Origin: Alphaproteobacteria bacterium
GTDB taxonomy: Bacteria; Pseudomonadota; Alphaproteobacteria; MPNO01
Direction of reading: 5' to 3'
DNA length: 64,000 nucleotides
Assembly: GCA_965248835.1 (NCBI GenBank)
Contig: CBDFLJ010000001.1
Coordinates: 480,001 to 544,000 of the forward strand
Position numbers and translations under genes: made by a program. The notes below the pieces were generated by a model. It did no database searches, was not told where the DNA came from, and saw nothing but the letters and a program-made list of their open reading frames with translations. Of the stretch, positions 1-8,835 are shown one piece after another; within the stretch, counting starts at the first letter, position 1, and every line of letters starts with the position of its first letter.

Positions 1-572
1 GGCCCGGCCGCTTCGCGCACGATCGCGGCCAGCTCGCTCGTCCGCGTGATCGGGCTGCGGCCGCGCGCCCGAACGATCGCACGCGCGATGCGGCGCGCCC
101 GGCGGTCCTCGCCGAGACGGCCGATGATATCGGCCAAGACGGCCTCGGGCTCCTCGTTGACCACGTCGGCCGCCGACCGGCCTGCGCCCGACATGCGCAT
201 GTCCAGCGGCCCGTCGCTGCGGAAGGAGAACCCGCGCTCGGGCCGGTCGATCTGCATCGAAGACACCCCGACATCGAGTGCGATGCCATCGACTGCCGCG
301 ATCCCGCGTTCGGCCAGCAGCGCGTCCATGCGTCCGAAACAGCCCTCGATCAGGGTAAAGCGGTCGCCGTGCGCCGCGCGCAGGCCCACGGCCGCCGCCG
401 CGGCCGCCGGGTCGCGGTCGATGCCGCAGACCGTGCATCGGGCGGCTTCGAGGAACGCGCGGCTGTAGCCGCCGGCGCCGAAGGTGCCGTCGACATAGAT
501 CGCGCCGTCGCGCGGGGCGATCGCGGCGATCACGTCGGCCAGCATCACCGAGACATGGGCGGGCGGGCTCAT
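1..572 (-). CDS. rsmH: 16S rRNA m4C1402 methyltransferase RsmH (MraW), 5' part; runs off the window
   Basis: Not in ORF track. Manual translation from ATG 572: [37 protein letters not shown]...[28 protein letters not shown]. ATGA overlap with mraZ stop. Confidence 0.95.
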   Translation of the reverse strand, partial: [190 protein letters not shown]

Positions 573-1054
573 TGGCCGTCCTCCGGCCGCCCGGTGGCTT
601 GGGCGATGCGGTCGCGCAGGCCGGCGATGGTTTGCTGCTGATGGGCCTCGAAGGCAGACGGCGCCCAGATCTGGAACCGGTTGCCGCGCCCGACGAAGGC
701 CGCCTGGTCCTCGATCCCGGCATGGGCGACAAGCGCCGCCGGGAGGATGATTCGGCCCTCCCCGTCAAAGGGAAGCTCGCGGATGATCGGCATCACCGCC
801 TCGACCAGCGGATCGCCGCCGCCCAGAAGGACCTGCTCGAAGTCGCCGCCCTCCAGCGACTGACTGATCCGGCGCGCGTTGAGCTCGTCGAGGACTTCAC
901 GGCCGAATACTTCCACCGCCGGCTGGCGCAGCGACGGATAAGCGATAAGTCCCGGGAAGCTCGATCCCGACAACACGGCGCGAAACGGCGCCGGCACCGA
1001 AACACGGCCCTTGCGGTCGACTTTGTTCACGTAGGTCGACAGAAACGCGGTCAA
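569..1054 (-). CDS. mraZ: Division/cell wall cluster transcriptional repressor MraZ
   Basis: FLSTYVNKVDRKGRVSVPAPFR and DGEGRIILP...FVGRGNRFQIW motifs; directly upstream of rsmH; TTG start at 1054 after GGAGGGGAAGG. Confidence 0.93.
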   Translation of the reverse strand: MTAFLSTYVNKVDRKGRVSVPAPFRAVLSGSSFPGLIAYPSLRQPAVEVFGREVLDELNARRISQSLEGGDFEQVLLGGGDPLVEAVMPIIRELPFDGEGRIILPAALVAHAGIEDQAAFVGRGNRFQIWAPSAFEAHQQQTIAGLRDRIAQATGRPEDGQ

Positions 1055-1126
1055 CCTTCCCCCTCCAAGACGCATTCACGTCCGCCGGACCTGAGACCGA
1101 CGGTGCCACGTCCCTCGCCAGCCCGA

Positions 1127-1171
1127 ATGGGACTGGACGGTTTATCATGGGAAAATATGGGCGTCAATGGG
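1127..1171. promoter_or_regulatory. MraZ-binding direct repeats overlapping the likely mraZ promoter
   Basis: ATGGG at 1127, 1147, 1157, 1167 and degenerate ACGGT at 1137, exact 10-bp period; minus-strand TTGACG (1162-1167) -35-like hexamer lies inside the array. TGGGN repeats are the known MraZ operator. Confidence 0.75.
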
Positions 1172-1307
1172 CATTATAGTAAATTCGAAGCATAAACAGG
1201 GGCTTTCCAGACCCTCTAAACATTTCGCTTCACCGTCGTCCTGACTGCCGGAAGTCCGCGCCGGCGCAACGGTGTTTAATAATCGCCGGCAATTACGGCA
1301 AATTTAT

Positions 1308-1329
1308 GTTCACTTAATGTTCTCTTGAC
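1308..1329. promoter_or_regulatory. Alphaproteobacterial LexA (SOS) box overlapping a near-consensus CtrA box
   Basis: GTTC-ACTTAAT-GTTC (1308-1322) matches GTTC-N7-GTTC; TTAA-TGTTCTC-TTGAC (1314-1329) is one mismatch from TTAA-N7-TTAAC. Confidence 0.55.
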
Positions 1330-1392
1330 GGCAAGCCGGGATATCCAAGTAGAGAAGCGGCGCTATTAGGCGTCAGACCGGGAGGGGCAGAC

Positions 1393-1774
<382 letters not shown>

Positions 1775-1805
1775 CGAGTAAAGGTGGTCGCGCCGGCGCG
1801 GTTCG

Positions 1806-2492
1806 TCAACGCGGCTGGTCGGCGACCGCCGCCAGCAGGCTCATGGTCTGGTGGTCCGGCCGACCGTCGCAGCACGCAGGGCGGAACCTGCGCTGAAAGG
1901 CGATCAGGGCGGCGGCCAGGGAGTCCGCCCCGACCTCGAGCCCGTAGCCGCATCGTTCAAGCAGCGTCCGCACCGCCGCCGGCTCCGGCGGAACCGGCGC
2001 GGCAGCCTGCCGAGGCCAGAAGGCGAGGCCTTGGCGGGCCAGGCGCTGCCAGTCGAAGAGTTCGCCGGGATCCTGCTTGCGCATCGGCGCCACGTCGGAA
2101 TGGCCGACCACCCGTCGGGGGGAAATGCCGTGGCGGGTGAGGATCCCTCCCAACAGCGCTTCGAGTGCGGCCATCTGGGCTTCGGGGAACGGCCGGTAGC
2201 CGAACGCATGGCCGGGGTTGACGAGCTCGATACCGATCGAGCGGTCGTTGACGTCGCTCGCTCCCATCCAGGACGCGACGCCGGCATGCCAGGCACGCCG
2301 CGCCTCCTCGACCAGGCGATGGACCGCGCCGGCCTCCTCGATCAGGTAGTGGGCACTGACCGCCGTTGCCGGATCGCACAGCCGCTCGAGCGCGGCCTGC
2401 GCGCTCGGCATGCCGGTATAGTGGAGAACGACCAGATCGATCGGCCCGGAACCCGGCCGCGCGTCATGGTTCGGCGACGGCGTCTTGATCAC
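1806..2492 (-). CDS. N-acetylmuramoyl-L-alanine amidase (AmpD/AmiD type, Amidase_2)
   Basis: PSPNHDAR, LHYTGM, VSAHYLI, RAWHAG, SIGIE, GHSDVAPMRKQDPG, AFQRRFRP; GTG start 2492 chosen. Confidence 0.92.
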   Translation of the reverse strand: MIKTPSPNHDARPGSGPIDLVVLHYTGMPSAQAALERLCDPATAVSAHYLIEEAGAVHRLVEEARRAWHAGVASWMGASDVNDRSIGIELVNPGHAFGYRPFPEAQMAALEALLGGILTRHGISPRRVVGHSDVAPMRKQDPGELFDWQRLARQGLAFWPRQAAAPVPPEPAAVRTLLERCGYGLEVGADSLAAALIAFQRRFRPACCDGRPDHQTMSLLAAVADQPR

Positions 2493-2610
2493 CGTGCCGC
2501 CCCCTGTCCCGGCAGAGGGACCGCAACCCGGCATCGCCGCAATCCGCGCGCGCCAGCGGGCGCGGAGATCGCGGGGTCGGCTGGTGTCCGGCTTGGTTGG
2601 TGGCGCGGCC

Positions 2611-2850
2611 TCAGGCGGCGCTGCGCCGGTGCTGGGACGAGCGATCGCGCCGGCTCTCCGGCTCGCGATAGGCCATCTTCACATGATCGGCGCAATACGA
2701 GAAGGTATCGAAGGTCTTCCTGCCGCAAAAGCGAAAGCCATCTTTGCCGGGTTCGCCGTAGGGCCACTGACACGTCCGGAACGGGGACGCTTTGCTCACC
2801 CTCAATAGTGAGACGAGTTCCGATTTGGTCGACATTGTGTTCTTTTCCAA
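2611..2850 (-). CDS. Short GcrA-family protein (C-terminal Cys/His domain only)
   Basis: CQWPYGEPGKDGFRFCG...YCADHVKMAY matches the GcrA C-terminal domain; no N-terminal WTDERV helix-turn-helix. Confidence 0.75.
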   Translation of the reverse strand: MEKNTMSTKSELVSLLRVSKASPFRTCQWPYGEPGKDGFRFCGRKTFDTFSYCADHVKMAYREPESRRDRSSQHRRSAA

Positions 2851-2972
2851 GAATTGGGATGCGAGTTAAATATTGCGGACCGGATGAGGGGTCAAGGTTA
2901 AAAGGCCCGGAATATCAATTTGGTGCGGCAAAATGTTACAGCACCGCCTCGGGCCGCGCCGGCGGCGGGTCT

Positions 2973-3707
2973 TCAGCGCAGCCCGCGCTGCTTGCGGACC
3001 ATGTCCCAGGCGGCGTTGATCGTGGCCATCCGCTCGGTCGCGATTTCGATGAAATCGTCGGGCATGCCTTGCGCGATCAGCCGGTCGGGATGGTTCTCCC
3101 GGGTCAGTCGCAGCCAGGCCTCGCGAACCTCCGAATCCTCGGCGCGCGCATCGACGCCGAGGATCGCGTAGGGGTCGATCTCGCCCGCGCCGGCGTGGCC
3201 GGCATGGATCCGGTTGAAGGTCGCCTCGTCGAACCCGAACAGCCCGGCCACCCGCACCAGGTAGTCGCGCTCGGCCGGGTGGATCACCCCGTCCGCCTTT
3301 GCGATGTAGAACAGCGCATTCAGGAGCTCTTCCAGCACCGCCGGGTTGGAGGCGAACATGCGCGCGACCTGGCGCGCGTAGGGCTCGAAGCCGCGCGCAT
3401 CCTTGCGGGCCAGGTCGAACACGCGGCCGACGTTCTTGATCTCCTCGGGCGGGACGTGGACCAGCCGGCGAAAGGCGGCGATCTCGTCGCGGGTGACCTG
3501 GCCGTCGGCCTTGGCCATCTTGGCGCTGAGCACGATGACGGCGATGGTGAACGCCGTCTCGCGCGTGGAGTCCACCTCGTCCCCGGCCGCCCCGCCGCGC
3601 AGCTTGTCGACGGCGTGGCCGGCGACCGCGCCGATCAGCGCGCCCAGCGGTCCGCCGAGGGCGAGCCCCGCCGCACCGCCGATGATCTTGCCCCAGATGC
3701 CGGCCAT
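2973..3707 (-). CDS. djlA: DjlA-like co-chaperone (TM anchor, TerB-like domain, C-terminal J domain)
   Basis: IWGKIIGGAAGLALGGPLGALIG, AKMAKADGQV, DPYAILGV...NHPD...INAAWD. Confidence 0.88.
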   Translation of the reverse strand: MAGIWGKIIGGAAGLALGGPLGALIGAVAGHAVDKLRGGAAGDEVDSTRETAFTIAVIVLSAKMAKADGQVTRDEIAAFRRLVHVPPEEIKNVGRVFDLARKDARGFEPYARQVARMFASNPAVLEELLNALFYIAKADGVIHPAERDYLVRVAGLFGFDEATFNRIHAGHAGAGEIDPYAILGVDARAEDSEVREAWLRLTRENHPDRLIAQGMPDDFIEIATERMATINAAWDMVRKQRGLR

Positions 3708-3906
3708 TGATCCCCGTTCCTGTCCGCGCAACCCTCAGCCGGCGCCCCGGGAGCGAAACCGGCGCTTCCGGGCGGCAGGGCCGGGCGGTCAGACGGAGCG
3801 CACTCTATCACCATCGCATCGGCCCTGGTCGAGGTTTGTCAATGCCCGCGGGCGGCGTATAACCGTTACCAGCCGCGCGAGCGGGCGGCGGCAGCGAGAG
3901 GCCGCA

Positions 3907-4704
3907 ATGACGATCGAGAAAATCCCCAGCGTCGCCGATCCGGCCGCGTTCCGCCGGCTGTGCCGCGAGGACGGCTTCGCCGGCCCGAGCTCGGGCCACG
4001 CGCCGGGCTACGTCCAGGCCAACATGGTGATCCTGCCGGCCGAAGAGGCTGCGGATTTTGCCGTGTTCTGCGAGCGCAACCCCGGGCCGTGCCCAATCCT
4101 GGAGGTGCTGGAGCCGGGCGATCCCGAGCCCCGTCGGACCGCGCCGGGCGCGGACGTGCGCACGGACTTGCCGCGCTACCGGGTCTTCCGCGACGGCGAG
4201 CTGGTGGCCGAGCCGACCGCGATCACCGATCTGTGGCGCGAGGATCTGGTGACGTTCCTGCTCGGCTGCTCGTTCATCGCCGAGGAAGCGCTGCAGCGCG
4301 CGGGGCTGTTGATCCAGCACATCGCCGAGACCGGCTACGTCTCGATGTACCGAACCACCCGCCAGACCGTGCCGGCCGGGCCCTTCCACGGCCCGATGGT
4401 GGTCTCGATGCGCCCGTTCACGCCCGAGGAGGCAAGGCGCGCCGCCGAGGTGACCGGCCGCTACCCGATGGCCCACGGCGCGCCGATCCACGCCGGTGAT
4501 CCGTCCGAACTGGGCATCGCCGACATCGCTGCGCCCGAATACGGCCGCCCGGTGACCATCGAGGATGGCAAGATCCCCGTCTTCTGGGCCTGCGGCGTCA
4601 CCCCGCAGGAGGCGATCCTCAACGCCAGGCCGAGCCTTGCGGTCACCCACATGCCGGGCTGCATGTTCGTCGGCGACAGGACCGCCGAATCGACGCGTAT
4701 TTGA
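3907..4704 (+). CDS. Putative hydro-lyase, DUF1445 / D-glutamate cyclase family
   Basis: GYVQAN, RNPGPCP, DVRTDLPRY, FLLGCSF, VVSMRP, AHGAPIH, FWACGVTPQ, THMPGCMFV. Confidence 0.88.
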   Translation: MTIEKIPSVADPAAFRRLCREDGFAGPSSGHAPGYVQANMVILPAEEAADFAVFCERNPGPCPILEVLEPGDPEPRRTAPGADVRTDLPRYRVFRDGELVAEPTAITDLWREDLVTFLLGCSFIAEEALQRAGLLIQHIAETGYVSMYRTTRQTVPAGPFHGPMVVSMRPFTPEEARRAAEVTGRYPMAHGAPIHAGDPSELGIADIAAPEYGRPVTIEDGKIPVFWACGVTPQEAILNARPSLAVTHMPGCMFVGDRTAESTRI

Positions 4705-4718
4705 TCGACGCGTATTTG
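4689..4718. repeat. Perfect 15-bp tandem duplication across the DUF1445 stop codon
   Basis: ATCGACGCGTATTTG at 4689-4703 and 4704-4718. Confidence 0.9.
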
Positions 4719-4734
4719 ACTGGGAGGCCGGCGC

Positions 4735-6117
4735 ATGGACGGAAGCATTCGCAATTGCGGTATCCTCGAGGATCTGCGCGCCCTCCTGGGCGAGCGGGTG
4801 AGCACCAACCCGACGGTGTGCGACCGCCACGGCCGCGACGAATCCCACCACAGGGGTCATCCGCCGGACGCGGTGGTCTTCCCCGAGACCGCCGAGGAAG
4901 TGGTGGCCATCGTCAAGGCGTGCGCGGCGAAGGCGGTGCCGATGATCCCGTTTGGTGTCGGCACCTCGCTCGAGGGCCATGTGGCGGCGCTGCGCGGCGG
5001 CGTCTCGATCGACCTTTCGAGCATGAACAGGGTGATCGAGGTCAACGACGCCGACCTCGACGTCCGGGTCGAGCCGGGCGTCACCAGGAAGCAGCTCAAC
5101 GAATACTTGCGCGACACCGGCCTGTTCTTCCCGATCGACCCGGGCGCGGATGCGACCATCGGCGGCATGGCGGCCACCCGGGCGTCGGGCACCAACGCGG
5201 TGCGCTACGGCACCATGCGCGGGAACGTGCTCGGACTGACGGTAGTGCTGGCCGACGGCAGGGTGATCAGGACCGGCGGGCGGGCGCGAAAATCATCGGC
5301 CGGCTACGACCTCACCGGGCTGTTCGTCGGCTCGGAAGGCACGCTCGGCGTGATCGTCGAGGTCACGCTGCGGCTATACGGCATTCCGGAGGCGATCTCG
5401 GCCGCCGTCTGCCCGTTCCCGAGCGTCGATGAGGCGGTCGCGACCTGCATCGAGACCATCCAGTCCGGCATCCCCGTCGCCCGCATCGAGCTCGCCGACG
5501 AGGCCCAGATCTCCGCCATCAACAAATGGGCGAAGACGGACCTTCCCGACAGCCCGGTCCTGTTCTTCGAGTTCCACGGCAGCGAGGCGTCCGTCGCCGA
5601 GCAAGCCGAGTCCGTCCAGGCGCTCGCGGCCGCACACGGGGGCGCGGAATTCCGCTGGACCAACCGGCAGGAGGAGCGAACGAAACTCTGGCAGGCCCGC
5701 CACGATGCCCACTACGCCAACATGGCGCTCGCCCCGGGCAAGCGGGCCTGGCCGACCGACGTGTGCGTGCCGATCTCGCGTCTGGCCGAATGCATTGCCG
5801 AGACCCGCGCCGACATCGCCCGGACGGACCTGCTGGCCCCCATCGTCGGCCATGTCGGCGACGGCAACTTCCACGTCGATTTCGTGCTCGACCCCGACGA
5901 CGAAACCGAACTCGCCGCCGCCGCGGACCTCAACGACCGCCTCATCGCCCGCGCGCTCGCCATGGGCGGCACCTCGACCGGCGAGCACGGCATAGGCTAC
6001 GGCAAACGCAAGTATCTGGAGGCCGAGCACGGCGAGGCGGTCACGGTGATGCGGGCGCTGAAGGCGACGCTGGATCCGAACGGCCTGATGAACCCGGGGA
6101 AGATCGTCGACGGGTAG
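4735..6117 (+). CDS. FAD-linked oxidase, D-lactate dehydrogenase (cytochrome)/GlcD family
   Basis: PFGVGTSLEGH, FPIDPGADATIGGMAATRASGTNAVRYGTM, GSEGTLG, GHVGDGNFH, GEHGIG, NPGK. Confidence 0.9.
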   Translation: MDGSIRNCGILEDLRALLGERVSTNPTVCDRHGRDESHHRGHPPDAVVFPETAEEVVAIVKACAAKAVPMIPFGVGTSLEGHVAALRGGVSIDLSSMNRVIEVNDADLDVRVEPGVTRKQLNEYLRDTGLFFPIDPGADATIGGMAATRASGTNAVRYGTMRGNVLGLTVVLADGRVIRTGGRARKSSAGYDLTGLFVGSEGTLGVIVEVTLRLYGIPEAISAAVCPFPSVDEAVATCIETIQSGIPVARIELADEAQISAINKWAKTDLPDSPVLFFEFHGSEASVAEQAESVQALAAAHGGAEFRWTNRQEERTKLWQARHDAHYANMALAPGKRAWPTDVCVPISRLAECIAETRADIARTDLLAPIVGHVGDGNFHVDFVLDPDDETELAAAADLNDRLIARALAMGGTSTGEHGIGYGKRKYLEAEHGEAVTVMRALKATLDPNGLMNPGKIVDG

Positions 6118-6216
6118 GGTCTTCCGAGATTTAAGAATTTGTTTATCCGAAGGGTTTTGATTCGGGCATCCGCAACGAGAGGTGTCCAAATGACCTGGGT
6201 GTCAACGGCGGCGTAA
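6115..6216 (+). mobile_element. Possible IS5-family left-end remnant
   Basis: Abrupt AT-rich TAGGGTCTTCCGAGATTTAAG starting at a TAG stop, TGATTC at 6158, then GAGAGG RBS and ATG ACC TGG (MTW) that stops after 8 codons. Pattern recognition only. Confidence 0.35.
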
Positions 6217-6249
6217 AAGTTTGCCGACCGGCGTCCCTCGGCCGCTCGT

Positions 6250-6630
6250 GGATCGCCGCTACGTTCTTCAACGAGCGGCTGATGCGGTCCCGCGATGCCG
6301 GGCGAGACGCAACAGGCCGAGGAGCCCGGGCCGGCGCATGGTCGCGCCGGTGACCGCGGCGTCCGAAAGCACCATCGCCGCGTCCGCCGGCCTGCGTTTT
6401 GTGGCTGCAACTTCGAGCTGGTGCATGGTGAGACCGAAATATTGCCCGGCATCTCGATGTTTCCAACGCCAGGCCATGCGCCGGGCCACATGTCCGTCAC
6501 GGTCAAGGTCCCCGAGAGCGATATCGTGCTCGCCGGAGACGCTGTCTTCCAGGCGCGGAACCTGGAACCCAAAGAAGATGAAAAATGGCGCTACCGGGTG
6601 CCGCCGCGGTTTGTGAACGCGATCGAAGGA
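6250..6630 (+). pseudogene. Fragment of an N-acyl homoserine lactonase-like metallo-beta-lactamase gene
   Basis: FELVHGETEILPGISMFPTPGHAPGHMSVTV...VLAGDAVF is the MBL C-terminal half; no HxHxDH motif, no proper start or end. Confidence 0.65.
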
Positions 6631-6790
6631 TGCGGTTGGCGGGATGGACGTGAATCGTGGTCCATAGCTGATGGCCGGTATCGATGAACTGAAGGACCTG
6701 CCGTCCGGCATCCCCGACCTCGGAGACCATCCGCGCGGCCGGGTGGGCCCGGCAGAAATGCATCATGGCCTTCTTGAAGTGCTGCCCCCC
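6625..6790 (-). pseudogene. Coding-like fragment of unknown family, abutting the lactonase fragment
   Basis: HFKKAMMHFCRAHPAARMVSEVGDAGRQVLQFIDTGHQLWTTIHVHPANRIL with G/C-rich third positions, flanked by non-coding-like sequence. Confidence 0.3.
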
Positions 6791-6930
6791 GCCTCGCCGG
6801 CGCCGGGGTTCGGATACGCGGCCGGAACCCGCAGCGTCTCCGGCGGCGCGTTCGAGAGCGTATGGGGCTGGAGGATATACGGACTCGTGGCTGACCCGTA
6901 TCGGCAATGCCCACCCCGCTTCTTTCCGCC

Positions 6931-7776
6931 TTATTTGGCTCCCGACTGCCAGACGACCGGGAATATCTTGTCATTGGCCGGCAGAACACCGACCTGCAGG
7001 TTCTCCTCCTCGGCGCCGGGGATATTGAACCGGGTGCGGGCGCCATACCAGGCGATGTCGCCGCCAAAAAAACGACATGAAAGCGCGACTCTGCGGATTG
7101 TGGTGGAGGCGTTGCCGCCCGCGCCATGCACCGCCAACGGATGGTGGACGATGCAGTCGCCGGGCTCCATGTCCCAGGAAAGAAATCGATACCGGGGATT
7201 GTCGAATTCCTTGTGAAACATCGGGCAATCCTCGAAACCGTCGGCCTCGGCGAGCGCAAAGCCTTCGCGAGGTACCGCCGGGATCGGACGATACATCTTG
7301 TCCCATCTGTGCGATCCCGCCACGTAGACCAGCCCGCTCGTTTCCTGAGTCACCGGCGTCAGCGTCAACCACACAGAGGCCACATGATTTCCCGCCAACG
7401 GCCAAAAAGGCAGATCATGATGCCAGGCGGTGGGCAGAAGCGTGCCGGGGTCCTTGATAAAAAGTTGATCATAGAAAAACCGCACCTCGTCGAGCCCCAG
7501 AAGGCGCGCCGCGATTTCCCGCGCCGGTGAGTTCTTCACGAAATCCATGAATGCGGGATTGCTGCGTGCCATGTGAGAATTGGCGACGACCTTGCCGGGT
7601 TCGTCATCTCCGCTGACCAGCACGTTGCCGACGGGGTTTTCCAGATTGGCTTCGATCACGGCCAGCATATGATCGATCCATTCCTGGTCGAATTGCCCGC
7701 GGATGCAGACGGCGCCATCCTCCGCATAGGCGCGAATCTCTTCGTCCGTGATGGGATTGAGCGGTTCTCGATTCAT
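6931..7776 (-). CDS. Phytanoyl-CoA dioxygenase (PhyH) family Fe(II)/2OG dioxygenase
   Basis: DQLFIKDPG, AWHHDLPFWP (HxD), GLVYVAGSH, MEPGDCIVHHPLAVHGA, RRVALS; visibly more A/T-ending codons than neighbours. Confidence 0.88.
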   Translation of the reverse strand: MNREPLNPITDEEIRAYAEDGAVCIRGQFDQEWIDHMLAVIEANLENPVGNVLVSGDDEPGKVVANSHMARSNPAFMDFVKNSPAREIAARLLGLDEVRFFYDQLFIKDPGTLLPTAWHHDLPFWPLAGNHVASVWLTLTPVTQETSGLVYVAGSHRWDKMYRPIPAVPREGFALAEADGFEDCPMFHKEFDNPRYRFLSWDMEPGDCIVHHPLAVHGAGGNASTTIRRVALSCRFFGGDIAWYGARTRFNIPGAEEENLQVGVLPANDKIFPVVWQSGAK

Positions 7777-7880
7777 CCCGATAACGGCCCCTATACCCGC
7801 TTCCGCTGCACCGACCGGCTTCACCGTATCACGAGCGCGGTCGAATTTTGAAGGACCGCCCATGTGATCAGGACCGCACC

Positions 7881-7898
7881 GAAAACAGGCTGGTTTTC
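7881..7898. promoter_or_regulatory. Palindromic operator-like site upstream of phyH-like gene
   Basis: GAAAAC-AGGCTG-GTTTTC, overlapping a minus-strand TTGAAA -35-like hexamer. Confidence 0.3.
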
Positions 7899-8169
7899 AA
7901 CCAATCCTTACTCGCGATCTACCGGCCGAGACGGCGGTCGCAAACACCCTCCGCGCCGTCTGCGTCGCAGCACTCGCGCTGGAACCGGAGACCCGACCAT
8001 TGCGGGAGCGCTGACGGCAACCGCGCGCAACACCCGACGGAGCGGGCGTTACCCGGGCGTCGGTCTCAGGTGCAGGTTCTGAACGGCCTTTACGGCCCGG
8101 GCGGCGAAAAGGCGGAATCGCTGACCAGGACCCACGCGCCGAGGCACACCGGGATTTAATGGAAGCGGT

Positions 8170-8691
8170 TCAGGCGCGGTCTGCCGGGAGGTGCCAATCG
8201 CTGTAGCGCAGCGCGTCGATATCGATGGTGGTGCCGTGACCGCGCGCGGGGCCGCGCGGCAGGTCGGACGCACCCTCGAATCCCTCATGGCAGAACAGCT
8301 CGATCACGTTGCCCGAGGGGTCGCGGAAGAACATCAGCGTCTCGACCCCCTTGCGCGTCCAGAAACCGGAGGTCGGCACGCCGCAGGCCGTGAGCCAGTC
8401 CTTCATCCGGACCAGGGCATCAGCGCCAGCGTCGAAGGCGATGTGGGGATACTCCGCACCCTCGCCGAGGAACGAGGCCCCGGCCGATCCGATCCCGATC
8501 CGGGTGCCGGCGATCCGAAACAGGGCGAAAGCGGCCTCCTGGACCACGAACTCGCCGCCCATCACATCGCGGTAAAAGCTGATGCCCTCCTCGAGGTCGC
8601 GGCAGGGCAGGCTGGCATGATCGAAGCCGTTGAACTGGGGCGGGCCCGACAGGCCGGGCCTTGGCTTCGCGGCGCTCTCGATGGTCGCCAT
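8170..8691 (-). CDS. VOC/glyoxalase family protein
   Basis: FDHASLPCRDLEEGISFYRDVMG, YPHIAF, MFFRDPSGNVIEL. Confidence 0.85.
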   Translation of the reverse strand: MATIESAAKPRPGLSGPPQFNGFDHASLPCRDLEEGISFYRDVMGGEFVVQEAAFALFRIAGTRIGIGSAGASFLGEGAEYPHIAFDAGADALVRMKDWLTACGVPTSGFWTRKGVETLMFFRDPSGNVIELFCHEGFEGASDLPRGPARGHGTTIDIDALRYSDWHLPADRA

Positions 8692-8835
8692 CGCATTCTC
8701 CCTTCCGGTGCAGCGCCCGGGCGATCCGCCAAACCGGGCCGTTACCGCCCGACGATAAGAGCGCAGAACCGGCGGCAAGGCAATCGCGAACCCTTGCGGC
8801 GAGGACAAGGAAAGGCGCCGTTTGTGGAGCGTGCT

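Noticed and set aside
1164-1223. 19-codon minus-strand ORF (MFRGSGKPLFMLRIYYNAH) below the LexA-like box, considered as a SidA-like division inhibitor
   Set aside because: Weak RBS, no TM segment, overlaps the mraZ promoter; no positive evidence.
7900-8165. Short ORFs between phyH-like and VOC genes
   Set aside because: No motif, RBS or consistent codon bias.
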